Source: Octopus sinensis (lineage: Eukaryota). Taken from it: 64,000 nucleotides of DNA. The DNA is taken from positions 91,202,001 to 91,266,000 of the forward strand of contig NC_042999.1 of assembly GCF_006345805.1 (NCBI RefSeq), written 5' to 3'. Within the stretch, counting starts at the first letter, position 1. The number at the start of each line of letters is the position of its first letter. Below, piece by piece: positions 25,492 to 40,662 of this stretch. The position numbers and the translations under genes are program-made. The notes under the pieces were generated by a model. The model made no database searches and was not told the DNA's origin. It saw only the letters and a program-made list of their open reading frames with translations.

Positions 25492-25534
<43 letters not shown>

Positions 25535-25574
25535 GTATATATGTATGTGTGTGTGTGTGTGTGTATGATTCATG

Positions 25575-25621
<47 letters not shown>
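25465..25621. repeat. TG/TA compound microsatellite
   Basis: Direct observation. Confidence 0.9.
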
Positions 25622-26096
25622 GCTCCACTTAAACGCGGATGTTCTGTCAAAATACAAAGTATGTTGCGGTAGTTATCATGAGAGAAACAACTATCGCCGT
25701 ATAATTTTTCAATAACAAATCATACACATTTATTTGGGGATAAAACCAGCAGTTTCGGAGGAAGGAGTACTTATTTTATCGACCTTGAAAGGATGCAATG
25801 TGGAGATAAACATTAATTCTCCTTATCAATACTGGCTCTGTCGCTAATATATATATATATTTATTTATAAATAAGGATAATATCGATATTTAAATATCGA
25901 TATTATCAAGTGGCCAGCATGGGAAAAAATACCGTGCAACGGTAATAATTTTTTTTATACAACTAAAAATAAGGGTGTCTGAGAGACACCACCATGCCGA
26001 AATAGCAGTCAAAACCCTGACTTTAAAAACCACGTAAAATGTTCATATTGTACCATGAGATAAGACAGAGGGACAAAATAGACTAGCATGTTTTAG

Positions 26097-26140
<44 letters not shown>

Positions 26141-27299
26141 GTGTGTGTGTGTGTGTGTATTATGCATATATGTATAATCAGTTCTCTAGAATATATATTC
26201 GTGCGTGCATGTGAGTATGTATGTATGTATGTATGATTATTGTGGAGAATATGTTGTTTTATGCAAAAGCAAATACATGCGCATGCATTCACATATGCAC
26301 ATATTCACATGCACACAGCCGTACGTGCTTGCTCACTCATGTTTGACTACACATTTATATTATGACTACACAATTTATATATGGATTACTCATTCATACA
26401 TGCTTTGATATATACAAAGATACACGCGCGCGCGCACGTATGCATATAATAAATTCAGATGCCTGCGTACAAGGTAATATCAATGCATATATAAAAGGAA
26501 TAAAAGAAAACAAATAGAAAGTTTATACATTTACATATTCAGATGAAAATTTCGCGCGTGCGTAATCTGCGTGTTTATCTGACTGTGTTTATCTGTGTGC
26601 AGTTGAGTGAAAGAAGACATAACGAATGTTTTTTCTCGGGTCTATTAGTGTCCTCTATATCTGTCTATATCTATTGTTAACTGTTGTTTTTTGTTTTCTT
26701 TGTTGTCATATAATAGATCATAATGGATATTCATTGACGAAGACTATTTGTCCGTAAAACACTGAGATTAGTACAGATTCTTTTTTATTCTCCATCTGTT
26801 ATTATCAGCTCATCATGCTCCCAGTGTCCATCATTATTTCAGCTGTGAGGAGCTATTATGTACAATGATTAAGGTTTGTACAAGAAGCTTATAATACGAT
26901 TATTACTTCATCAGAAATAGATTTGATAGGATGCTATTTATGTGCATATATGTGATAGTATGCTTATCGATGTAAGCAGTTCTTCAGCGGTCATATTGAC
27001 CTAAATACTGAATAAAAGTATACTTGACATTGTTCGGCGCACATAGAAGATATGAACTATCAATAAATACAGTGTATAGAATGAAGTAATGTGAACACAG
27101 TTGGTATACCTCTTCTGGCTGATAACCTCGTCTTTTCACTTTAATAAATCTTTACTTCGTATGTTCGTTCTTTAACAGGCAGCATGTTTACTAGATAAAT
27201 GTACGTGTACTAAGAGTAACAGATGCGAAATAGTTTTGTGGGTAGGTTTGAAAACACTCGCACGGCATAAAGATCATTCACCTAAGCGTAGAGATCACG

Positions 27300-28040
27300 T
27301 AAATATCACAGTGCACAGAAATCAAATTTGGTGGGACTAACGAATATCCAAGACCAGAATCAGCCCTCAGGTTCTGGAACATCCAGGTGTCACAACACCC
27401 CGACTTACGCAGAGTTACAGAACATCCTCGTTTAAAGTGACCTCAAGTTAATTAGGAGAAACAAGGGCTCAAGTATGGTAAGGATGTAACAGACAAGAAT
27501 GATGTCAGTTTCAAAACATAGTTAACACCATTATCATCATTCAACTTCCTGGGGAATTCGGACTGGACAGAAGATAGCAATGAAATATTCCTACGTTACA
27601 AGTAACTAGCACAGCCACTATTTCAGGTAGGTACTTAAGAACTTGAGTCCACAGTACAAAGAGGATAAGATGGAGAAGAGGAGACTTCAGTTTTCTCCGT
27701 AAAATGCCCGTGACATTGAGAAAAACTGAGTGCAATAGGAGACTGTTGGGAAGCGAGTTGCTTTTCGAGCAAAACCATCTGGTTTACGAAAGAAGGTACT
27801 GGGGCAAAAGCGTAACTCATCTGCTCCGAAGGTGAGATCGATATTCACCTAAGAGTCACCTACAGTGATGATTCTAGAGAGTAGGATAAAATTAACAGGT
27901 GTACGTGAACAAAGAAAGTATTAGCTTGACGCTCGGTGAAAAGAGAGAGTTAGACGTTTCGAGTATAGCTATTCGTCGGAAAGGAGAAAAGGAAAGCACC
28001 AAAGAAAGGAAAAGAAATTGTCAGCAACACGTGCGTAGTT
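27300..28040 (-). mobile_element. Possible PLE 5' region: terminal fragment with minimal HHR-like motif plus degenerate ORF start
   Basis: Minus strand CCGACGAATAGCTATACTCGAAACGTC at 27953-27979, related to the 4620-4826 end; downstream higher-GC segment only weakly PLE-like. Confidence 0.4.
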
Positions 28041-28154
28041 ATATTGCCGAAGTAAATATATACAGGATATCTATAATGTGCAATTAAAAGTATTTGTAGA
28101 TTTGTAACTGTCCGTGACAGAACTAGATTACACGCGGATTTTATTGACACGCCG

Positions 28155-28397
28155 CATACACACACACACCCATCGACATGCACACATACACATCGGCACG
28201 CACACCCATCGACACGCACACACACGTACACACACACACACATGCATCTATATATGTATACACAATAGTTCATGCGTATATAGATGCATATGTTACAGAT
28301 CAAATAGTAAGGTATGTCGTTCAGTGTTTCTATTTATTAGTTGTGTATATAATTATTCTAATACATTCTCTATTCTCGTCTTCTACGACTTGTATAC

Positions 28398-28479
<82 letters not shown>

Positions 28480-28500
28480 TTACATGCATACACACACACA
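28155..28500. repeat. CA-rich and (TA)n microsatellites
   Basis: Direct observation. Confidence 0.85.
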
Positions 28501-28621
28501 TAAGCAGTTGAATAGTTGAATATAGCACGAATAGTTATATACACAACAAAGTCAAACACATGACTGCATAGCTTTGTACTCCACATATCCTCTTACGCAC
28601 GCGTGTGCGTGCGTGCATGTG

Positions 28622-28652
<31 letters not shown>

Positions 28653-29759
28653 TATGGTGTATGTGTCATGTATTCATACTGTTTTGCGTTTGGACATATG
28701 TTTAAATCCTATTTAAGAGTAAGTTTGGAAACTCTATCTTTATCCAGTTGTAAATAACACACAGTATAGGTATAAATACATTTACATATGTCTGTGTGTG
28801 AGTCTATGTGCACAGGCGTGCAAATATATACCACATCTGATGCAACATCTAAATGTAATAAAACATTTTAGTAGTGCTAGTTTAGTTTCATTAGGAAAGT
28901 GCAACATATGGAATGCGGAAATGGAGTGGATTATTGAGATATTGGGCCACCTTAATAGCATTAGTGCTTTAACTAAATTGAAGTAAACTTGTGAACCTTG
29001 TAAGTAGAAATAGACGCACCAGAAATATATCTTTCTCTCTCAGATGAATAATATACATTTCTATCATGCTCGATATCAACATTGATTAGTATATATTTCA
29101 TCCGGTTAGGTAACAATTTGAAATAGTAACTATTGTACTTTTCTCGTTTTAAAGCTGGTCTAAAAGCGCTGATTTCATCGGACTAATATAATTAGTATAA
29201 CTCGTATTGCTTCTTTACCAAGAAGTGAGACTGTTACTCAGCTTTTGCTGAATTTCAGTCAATTATGTCTGGTATTGTAACTTTAGGAAAACTATATATA
29301 TAATAAAAGGCAAGGGAAAGAAAGAGAGACAGTAAAAGAAAGAATCAGAGAGAGTCAGCACAACAGGTTCAAGATGAATGTCTAAAAAATATGCTTTATT
29401 TTTTACTTAATGCAATGTTGCAAGGCTAGATTTTCGCTCGAGTAAATATTGATTATGTTAAGAAAATTTAGAAAACTAACAGCATATTTAGTGCGAATTT
29501 ATAAAAAGTAAGTTTGGTAAAATTTACATTATAAATATAGCACCCTGCCATATTCCTGATATTACATAATGTAGGAAAGGTACGAAATCAGCATACTGAC
29601 AATTTAGTTGCATCATCTCAAACCTCCGCCTATCTTTAATCCATGAACTCAATGAACAGTATCTATTCTCCGTTCGTTCTTCATGTAAATCCGTACTTAT
29701 TGATGATGCACCTATACCGCAGTCGGACTCCTGTTATTATGAAAGCATAATTTCTGTCA

Positions 29760-29870
29760 CTGGACTCCTTCAAGTGAAGATATTCCGTTGGATCAACTTG
29801 GCTTCTGCATCCTTCAGGAAACTCAGCGAACAGAAAATATCTCCGTTCATCAAGCTGTGTATCCAAAAGT
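29760..29870 (+). mobile_element. Possible short RTE-type LINE fragment
   Basis: WINLASASFRKLSEQKISPFIKLCI resembles the RTE thumb consensus RI.KAS..F.RL...KL.VY. Confidence 0.35.
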
Positions 29871-30073
29871 GAAGTGCAATATTATTTGGGAAGGCATATG
29901 TGTGTGTGTGTCTGTGTCTGTGTGTGTGTATGTGGGTGGGTGTTTTCGGTGCAAATAGGAAAGCCTTCTTTTTTCTGACGAGGGCTTAAATGTCCCTTTA
30001 TTAGACTATTTTCGTTAGTCATTGCTCGGTGATCGTCATAAGCTTTAAGCTTATATAAAAATACCATCATATG

Positions 30074-30238
30074 TAGGCGTAGGAGTGGCTGTGTGGAAAG
30101 TAGCTTGCTTACCAGCCACATGGTTCTGGGTTCATTCTCACTGCGTGGCACCTCGGGCAAGTGTCTTCTACTATAGCCTCGGGCCGACCAAAGCCTTGTG
30201 AGTGGATTTGGTAGACGGAAACTGAAAGAAGCCCGTCT

Positions 30239-30269
<31 letters not shown>

Positions 30270-30350
30270 CTGTGTTTGTCCCCCCCCCCCAACATCGCTT
30301 GACAACCTATGGTGGTGTGTTTACGTCCCCGTAACTTAGTGGTTCGGCAA
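30074..30350 (+). mobile_element. SINE family B, 3'-truncated
   Basis: GGCGTAGGAGTGGCTGTGTGG...GTGAGTGGATTTGGTAGACGGAAACTGAAAGAAGCCCGTC + TA/TG run. Confidence 0.9.
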
Positions 30351-32167
30351 AAATAAATTTTTACTAGAAGTAACAATTAATAACAAATAGAAGTAATAAC
30401 TTGTAGCAAAAAATTTAGCTTTAATAAAAGCTAATATTTTCTAAAGCTAAATATTTTATCTGAACTTTTATCTTTAGCTGCAATATTTTAAGTAAAAATA
30501 TTCTTGAATTATATTTTACCAGATGTAATAACTGTTGTATCAGTGTAAGTGAATTTGTGGTTGTATTGTATTCTCTTGTTTTATTAGGGTGTCCATTATT
30601 AACTAATGCACATTTTATTGTTCTACTACCTAGTCTATTAGGACCCATTATTAACTAATTGTTTACACGTAGATTCTCCTTATGAAAGTGTTACGCGTAG
30701 TATTTCTTTTTATGAATCTTACGAGTAGGATCTCCTTATGTAGTTGGAAGTTTAAACGTTCGCCTAAGAATTTCACTACAGATATTGTGCATCTAATGGG
30801 ACAGCACTTACTATCATGGTGTTTGTGTTTAGTTTCGCTACACTGATGCGCTATATGTGTTATTCCTTATTGCTACATATATTTCTAAATAGTCTGAAAT
30901 TATGTTAGAGATATATTGCGGCGTAAATGCAAGGATAGTGTTACTGTTAATCTATAGGTTTTTCCTATTCTAGGAACAAGATATAAATGAACTCTGTATC
31001 CGTAGTATTGAGTGTTCTTTTAATTTTGCTTCATTATATTATATCAATGTGTGTAACTATCGTGGTACCACAGCATCACAACAACCAACTATTCAGAACA
31101 AATGAATACATTTATAAATGCCATGGTTGTTTTTGAACACATGATGCTACCTATGCTGGAAGACTGACTGACTGTCACCATTTGGCCTCTTGTCAAACGT
31201 ATTGTGCCTTTCTATATTATAAACTACGTCTTGTTCCATTTTAAAAACAGCCGAGTGTGATTTAATTGGAGTTTGACTGTTACTTCTGGAAAATTAAACT
31301 TCTGTGTAAAGCTTCTTCGTTGACGTTTATGTGTGCTTGTGTTTGTTTTGTTGTTAATTAAATTCAGATAGAATACTTAAAAAGAATTGTAGCACTGTAT
31401 AATTGTGATGTATAGACGACGGTTATGTTTCACTCGCAAAAACTTTATGTGTTCATTCACTTTTAACTTTATTTATGCAACGTCTTTAGCTGTAGCAAAC
31501 CTTTGCAATTTAAGTCCTCGTGCCATTCATTACATTAGTTTAAATTGTTTTCTAGTGTTTTGCATAAATAAAAATCAATGATTCAGACAAAATCTAATGA
31601 AATATTGAACTGGAAATCACTTCACATTTTATTATTCCCGGACATAAGAAAAACTAAGAAATAAAGCTATACAAGTACAATTAAATTACGATTTATGTGA
31701 CTTTGATAATGATCGTATGCATTATAAATCATTTTATTTCTATCAATTTATTTACCTTTTTCTTCCTCTCGTGCGCACTTTCTCACTCGCCGTTGCTGAC
31801 GATCGTTAGAAATCATAGCTACAGTTATAGTTACTGTAATGCTATCCTCCAAGTCTCCTTGTGAAGATCTAGATGTACATAATTTTGACTGCTGGTGTAA
31901 AAAGAGTTTCTGGGGGTGGGTCGGGGTGAGTCTTCTCTTTCGGAGTCGCTACCTTCTACAAATTTCCAGAGGCACTTCCTCGGGGAGTCGCAACTATTTC
32001 TCGGTAGCAAGAGAGTCAAGACGGACGTAAGTTGTGTCATTGATATATTTTATTTTAAGCTTTTTCATGAATGCCTTGGCTCTAACAGGAGTGTAAACAA
32101 CAACAGAGTGATTTAAATACTTAAGACAAAAGCATTTCGTATACCCAAAATTATAGTTTACACTGAT

Positions 32168-32337
32168 AGGCGCAGGCATGGATTTGTGGTAAGAAGATTG
32201 ATTTCCAACCACATGGTTCCAGGATCAGTCCCACTGCGTAGCACCTTGGGCAAGTGTCTTCTACTACAACTACTACAGCCTCGAACCGACCAAAGCCTTG
32301 TAAGCGGGTTCGGTGTACGGAAGCTGAAAGAAGCCCG

Positions 32338-32415
<78 letters not shown>

Positions 32416-32662
32416 CATACACGTGTGTGTGGTGTGTGTGTGTTTGTGTTTGTCTCTGTATTTGTTCCTCCACCATCTCTTGGCATCCGATGTTAATGTT
32501 TTTACGTCTCTGTAACTAGCGGTTAGACAAAAGTATCGATAGAATATAGTACCAGGCTTACAAAGAATAAATCCTGGGGTCGATTAGTTTGACTAAAACC
32601 CCATAATGTGGTGTTCTGATATGGCCGCAGTCAGATGATTGAAACAAGTAAAAGAATAATAG
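32168..32662 (+). mobile_element. SINE family B, full length with expanded internal (TA)n
   Basis: Complete head-to-tail match with other copies; tail GAAACAAGTAAAAGAATAA. Confidence 0.9.
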
Positions 32663-33884
32663 ACAAGAGCAGTTAAATTAACTACGTACTTATTATTTTA
32701 TTTTTGTATTGTGTAGCCTAATGACAAAGTAATTATTAAATATTCGGGTGGTAGTTTAGCAAAGTGATCAAATTATTAGATAAAATTACTTACAGTACTT
32801 AGTTACGTTATCTTCTAGTTATCTACTTTGATTTCGCCCTTCCCTAGGAAATATGAAACAGGCGGTTCCAAATAATCAACTGTTTTCTCAGTTCATATTT
32901 CAAGGCCTTCAATGTTTGTAAGGAGGGTAGATTGGCAGACACCACAGTTTTTCGAACATTTTTTTCTGACATTATACCACAAAACATTACGTTCTGATTT
33001 CAAATCGCATCGGTGTCAGATTTACCTTCCATCTCTCTGATGGTGATATCTTAATGTACCTGTCAAAACTGGGGTTCTTTTAAGAAGCTACCTTGTCTCG
33101 CACAAAAACAAATCTAGTGATTGCATTAGATATCAACTTTATATCGCAAATTAGTAAAAAATATAGCCGATAGTTACAGATTTCCTCTGAACTAATCACT
33201 GGTCAAGTGAATTTTCAATGGTTTCTGTCGGCAAAATTTCACTTGTAAGATATTCTTTAACTCGATTTAAGGTTCAGAAATACTTGTCTAAAATGCTGTG
33301 CAGTGGGATCGAACACAGAATCCGTCATATGTAGTGGAAATCAATTGTCCAGTTGACATTCACCTGATGATAAAAATCAGAGGAAATATAATATTTTTTA
33401 AAACTAATCTGAAATCTGCAGTCACTCGACTCTGACTTGATTTATACTTGAAATTAATTATATAATTACCAGAAGAATATTTAGAATAATCGATTTGCAA
33501 GACTAGGCACATTTATTTCAACAATTTCAATTACAAGTCAATTACAAGCCAAAAACTGTGAAAGCAGTGTAAAATATTCCAGAAGTTGAGACAGTAATAA
33601 ACACATACAAACATACAAACATGCGAACAAGTTAATGTTTTTATGTACCCATTCATTGGTCAAAACACAGATATTCTCTCGTAAATAATAACGTGAAAAG
33701 CAGGTAAATGTATATATAGATGCCTGGGCAGGTAACCGCGTACAAGGACGTAATTACCTACTCTATATCTTCTAAATTCTAGTGAAATGTTTTCATGCAT
33801 CGGAATTAGATACAAGATTAGAAGCCATCTCTTAATTATTGGCAAGAAAAAAACGGTAGAAATATACACCCAGACAGAGAGACA

Positions 33885-33962
<78 letters not shown>

Positions 33963-33990
33963 GTACATATATGCACGCACACACGCGAGC
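33885..33990. repeat. (CT)n(TA)n microsatellite
   Basis: Direct observation. Confidence 0.9.
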
Positions 33991-34276
33991 GCGCATATAA
34001 ATGTGATCCACCATGATTTTTCGATTAAATGATGACGAAATATAGATAAATGTTTCCTTTCAATATAATTGTTCCAATATTTAAAACTCTGATTAGTATT
34101 AGGTGATATACATTCTATGTTAGATACGTAAATGCCTATTCCAAATACTTTGTACAATAAACAATATCTTTTTTCTTGGAATCACGAGCTGAACGAAAAA
34201 AGAATGATTATAACTATAAAATCCATCATTACGAAGTCCTTATTGTATTCTTATTTTGTACAGCATAAGCGTTCTG

Positions 34277-34670
34277 TTTCTTGATCGTGTTATGACAAGA
34301 GACGGAATATTATTCTACACCTCAACCGGCCGGGCTAGATTAAATGAAACACTAAACCCCGTTTCCCGAAACATAGTGGCCAAATTTGTAGACTTAACTG
34401 GAATCATCCACTACTGTTTCTCGAATTCTGGCGAAGACTTTACCGTAGGCAAGTATTGCCAGGAAATTGAAAAAAATGTATCAGGAGCTATAACTTTACC
34501 GCAACATTGATTAACCAGTAAGGACTTATTCTTTTTGATAACACAATAAGCTTCGCGAATGATTCTACACGAATTTAGTGCAATGAATTTCATTTAATTC
34601 AACTTACAAATTTTTTTCTTGCAACCGGCTATCACTTGTCCAATCATTTTGTTAACTTCCTGTAAACGGT
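34277..34670 (+). pseudogene. Highly degenerate mariner catalytic-domain fragment
   Basis: FLDRVMTRDG (cf. FLDRIVTGDEKW), GIIHYCFSNSGEDFTVGKYCQEIEK, GYHLSNHFVNFL (cf. DYHFFKHLDNFL). Confidence 0.65.
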
Positions 34671-35649
34671 CTTTAAGAGTTTCTATATCAATTAAATAAA
34701 ATTTATTGTGAACGAAAGCTATTATTTTCAAATTTATGGGTGAAAACAGCAATCATTTTTTGCACCATACTACGTATTCATATGCGTATATTTACTTACA
34801 TAAGTATACTTGAATATAGATGCTCACAAATAAGTGTGTATGTGTGCATGTGTATCTGTGTGCCTCTTTGTGTTTATATAACCGGATACGAGTGATTACC
34901 CAAAGTAAATTAACCTGTTTTAAAAACATACAAAGATGAAAAAAATCATTAAAGATAACTCGCAGACCATTAAAATCTAAATCTTTTTTACAAAAATGCT
35001 AATAATCAATTACGTATTCAAATAGATGGACAGGGATTATGCCAGCTAACTTATCCCGACTACAAAATAGCAACTTTAATCAATCAATAAATAAGAAATA
35101 TATCAATCAACTTGATAGCATCGGTTTCTTTAGCTTCATTACTCTCCTGATTTCGAGAGTTAAATAGAGTTCATCGTTGCAGCAGGCAGGTACACAATTC
35201 ATATACCTCAAATAATACTTCTTCATTAAATAACCTCATCTCAATTATCCTTATTTATCTTATATTTACATTCTTATAGTCCTCCTGACATTTACTCTTT
35301 CGTTTCTTAAGTACTTTTCTTTCATTTTTAGTTCTTGTGTACCATTCAATTTAGTTCCATCTTCTGTTTTAGTCTTTGATTTTGTTATTGTTTTCGGTCA
35401 TTTTGTAATATCTGTTGTATTTTACGCTTGCTTATATTTCCTAATCTATTTCGTCCGATATTTGTTTTGCTACAGTTCATCTTTCTAAAATTAATGTATC
35501 GCAAAATCATGGCAACCAACTTGTCTGCTATTAATTGCGTTTCATTAAACGTCTGCGTACAATACTAAGGCAACATTTCGCATTGCCACAATGACTTTTA
35601 TATATATATTCATGTAAGTATGTATGTATATATATGTGTATGTATGTAT

Positions 35650-35792
35650 GTTTCTTTCTGTGTTCCTTTCTGTGGAATAGCGTAGGCTCGAAACGTTAAA
35701 GACTTTTTCACTTCCCGAACGTTAAACTAATATATCTGTTTGTTGTCTACACCAGCTGTCTTCGTCTTTTGTTGTTTTTTTGTGAATTCTCC
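35650..35792 (+). mobile_element. PLE-like terminal fragment with minimal HHR-like motif
   Basis: CTTT-CTGTGGA-A-TAG-CGTAGG-CTC-GAAAC-GTT-AAAG; same family as 3050-3240. Confidence 0.55.
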
Positions 35793-36044
35793 CTATATAT
35801 GTATATGTGTGTGTGTTTGAGTATGTATATGCTTGTACATGTATGAGTGCTTGTGTGGCGTGTGCACGCGTGTGTATATGTATGTATATGTGTATGTGTG
35901 TGTGTGTCTGTGCGTGTGTATGCGTATGTGTGTGTTTATGCACGTGTGTGCTCATGTAGTTGACATACACAGTAACTGTGGCAGTTAAACTAATACGGTC
36001 TTTAACATTAAGAATAGTAACAATATCGATTATGTTTGATAACA

Positions 36045-36462
36045 CATCTTACATTACACAACGCTGCATTAAAATACACTGCGCTATACATTACTATACT
36101 ACATGGATCTCTATACTATATTAAAATATACACACTACTGAACTGCATTGTAATACAGTACTTTGCTATACAATAATCTGTATTCATCTGCATTACATTA
36201 TACTGCACTGCAGTTCAACTACATCATATATATAGATATACATTCATATATGTGTCTGTGTGTGTAGGTTAGAGTAGGTCAAAGTACTTTAATCTACAAC
36301 TACTGACTCAAAGGGATGCCACCTTTAGCCGTTTTGAACAAGGCAATCACATAACCACAACTTCAACTGCTCTTCAAACTGGAATTTCGGTGGCACACCT
36401 ATCTGAGCACTTAGAGCGCATACCTATTAGTTTCAGTCGTCTTGACGAAAACTCCTCATATC

Positions 36463-36500
<38 letters not shown>

Positions 36501-36910
36501 TGCATTGCAATGCATCCCCATATACAGTACTTAGATTATACTACAATACAATACATAGCTCTTAAGCTACAGTTAAATACTCTCCACTGACAACTCCACA
36601 ATATATGGCGCTCACACTACTCTGGAATACACCACAACATATGGCATTTAACTATACTACAATAAGTTGTCTAAACGCTGTGTTAGAGTATGCTACCTTA
36701 CAATATACAGCTATACATTTACAATACTGGTACAACTATGCACTAATATATATTGCAATACACTAGATAGCAACAGAGTAGTCTACACCATATTGCTTTA
36801 CTCTACGTTTGCCACACATTATACCGTACTGCATAAGGCTATACCACAATACATTGCTTTACATATGTCAATTCTTCCGTAAAGTTTACACAACATCAAT
36901 GCATGACATT
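36045..36910. repeat. Decayed pentanucleotide (TACAC/ACTAT-like) repeat in two blocks
   Basis: About 5-bp periodicity visible at 36045-36230 and 36500-36910. Confidence 0.6.
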
Positions 36911-37182
36911 GCACTTCATGATTTATGTTGTATCACAAAATCTTGTTTCAACCTCAAGCATAGCAACTATTAGACTGCCTATCACTTTCACATTCGGAAC
37001 ATCTCTAAGTAGTCCTTTGATATCTCAAAACAAACTCAAACGCATACAAGTTAACATACATTATTAAAAATGGTCATATATATATACATATATATATATT
37101 AAAATATTAGGGAATAATTAATTTTATGTATTGGCTTAAGTTTTTCATTGTTTGGTTTGCCTAATAGTGGTTTTATCTCTAA

Positions 37183-37232
<50 letters not shown>

Positions 37233-37629
37233 ATATATATATATATACATATGTAGTATGTATATTGGGTTATAATCAAAGCCACTCCTTCGTGAAGTAC
37301 ATTTGCTTATTGCAGTACTCCAGAATTGTATGTCTTTGGTTTTATTATTTCACCATGGTACGTGTTCCATTTGCTAAGAGAAGTTGCAAAATTGTACAAG
37401 TGGAAAAAGCATGTAAGATATCTCCCAGTATAAATCCTTCAGAAAATCAAATAATAATCAAATATTATTTGATTCTCTTTCTGAAGAATTTCTAATAAGA
37501 GATATCTTACATGTTTCTTCTACATGTACAATTTTTTAAACTCTAATTAGTAAATGAAATACGTGAAATGGTAAATGAATAAGACCACAAATTTTCCCAT
37601 CTCCTGTTTTGATGTATATATATTTATAC

Positions 37630-39336
<1,707 letters not shown>

Positions 39337-39552
39337 TAAATTTTAGGGTAGCAAAAAATTCTAGAAAAATTCTCCGTTACAAGCGGTCAAGTGAGAGAGT
39401 AAGAATAGTCAATAGACAATATAATATACATTCAAACATATAAGGGATGTCTATAATAGGACATCCGACTCACTAGAAAGAGCAGCTAAACTCCAAACCA
39501 CTAATAGTTGTAATTCTGAAATGGAAAGAGAAATAAAAACGTTTACCCTTTC

Positions 39553-39647
39553 CTTTCTGGACGATGCATAGTTTCGGCAATCTTTTGTAAATAAATTAAA
39601 TTAAATTAAATGTATTTACCACTAGTGTTGCACTCATCAGCAGAAAA
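39553..39647 (-). ncRNA. Type I hammerhead ribozyme, unit 1
   Basis: Minus strand TTTCTG-CTGATGA-G(T)GCAA...TTGCC-GAAAC-TATGCATC-GTC-CAGAAA; GUC at 39560-39562. Confidence 0.7.
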
Positions 39648-40017
39648 ACCAAGGACTACCATATATTCACGAGGCGATAACGAGCATGCCTCGAGTCTAT
39701 ATGCTATAAATTTTCAAAATCCACCGAATTCGCGCGGTTTTCTCAGCGGTAAATATAAACTGCCGAATTAATTCAAAATTAGCCAAAAAATCATTAATTA
39801 ATAAATTTTAGGGTAGCAAAAAATTCTAGAAAAATTCTCCGTTACAAGCGGTCAAGTGAGAGAGTAAGAATAGTCAATAGACAATATAATATACATTCAA
39901 ACATATAAGGGATGTCTATAATAGGACATCCGACTCACTAGAAAGAGCAGCTAAACTCCAAACCACTAATAGTTGTAATTCTGAAATGGAAAGAGAAATA
40001 AAAACGTTTACCCTTTC

Positions 40018-40112
40018 CTTTCTGGACGATGCATAGTTTCGGCAATCTTTTGTAAATAAATTAAATTAAATTAAATGTATTTACCACTAGTGTTGCACTC
40101 ATCAGCAGAAAA
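40018..40112 (-). ncRNA. Type I hammerhead ribozyme, unit 2
   Basis: Same motif 465 bp away; GUC at 40025-40027, CTGATGA at 40099-40105. Confidence 0.7.
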
Positions 40113-40380
40113 ACCAAGGACTACCATATATTCACGAGGCGATAACGAGCATGCCTCGAGTCTATATGCTATAAATTTTCAAAATCCACCGAATTCGCGC
40201 GGTTTTCTCAGCGGTAAATATAAACTGCCGAATTAATTTCAAAATTAGCCAAAAAATCATTAATTAATAAATTTTAGGGTAGCAAAAAATTCTAGAAAAA
40301 TTCTCCGCTACCATTTCAGAATTACAACTATTAGTGGTTTGAGTCGGATGTCCTATTATAGACATCCCTTATATGTTTGA

Positions 40381-40662
<282 letters not shown>

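Larger units (their letters stand above)
39333..40380 (-). mobile_element. Retrozyme-like tandem array (465-bp unit, about 2.1 copies) plus inverted terminal fragment
   Basis: GGGTAGC at 39346, 39811 and 40277; one HHR per unit; 40311-40380 is an inverted, internally deleted piece; (TA)n on both flanks. Confidence 0.85.

Noticed and set aside
36430-36460. ATGAGGA...GAAAC...GTA on the minus strand as an HHR
   Set aside because: C3 missing, stem I unpaired, stem II register off
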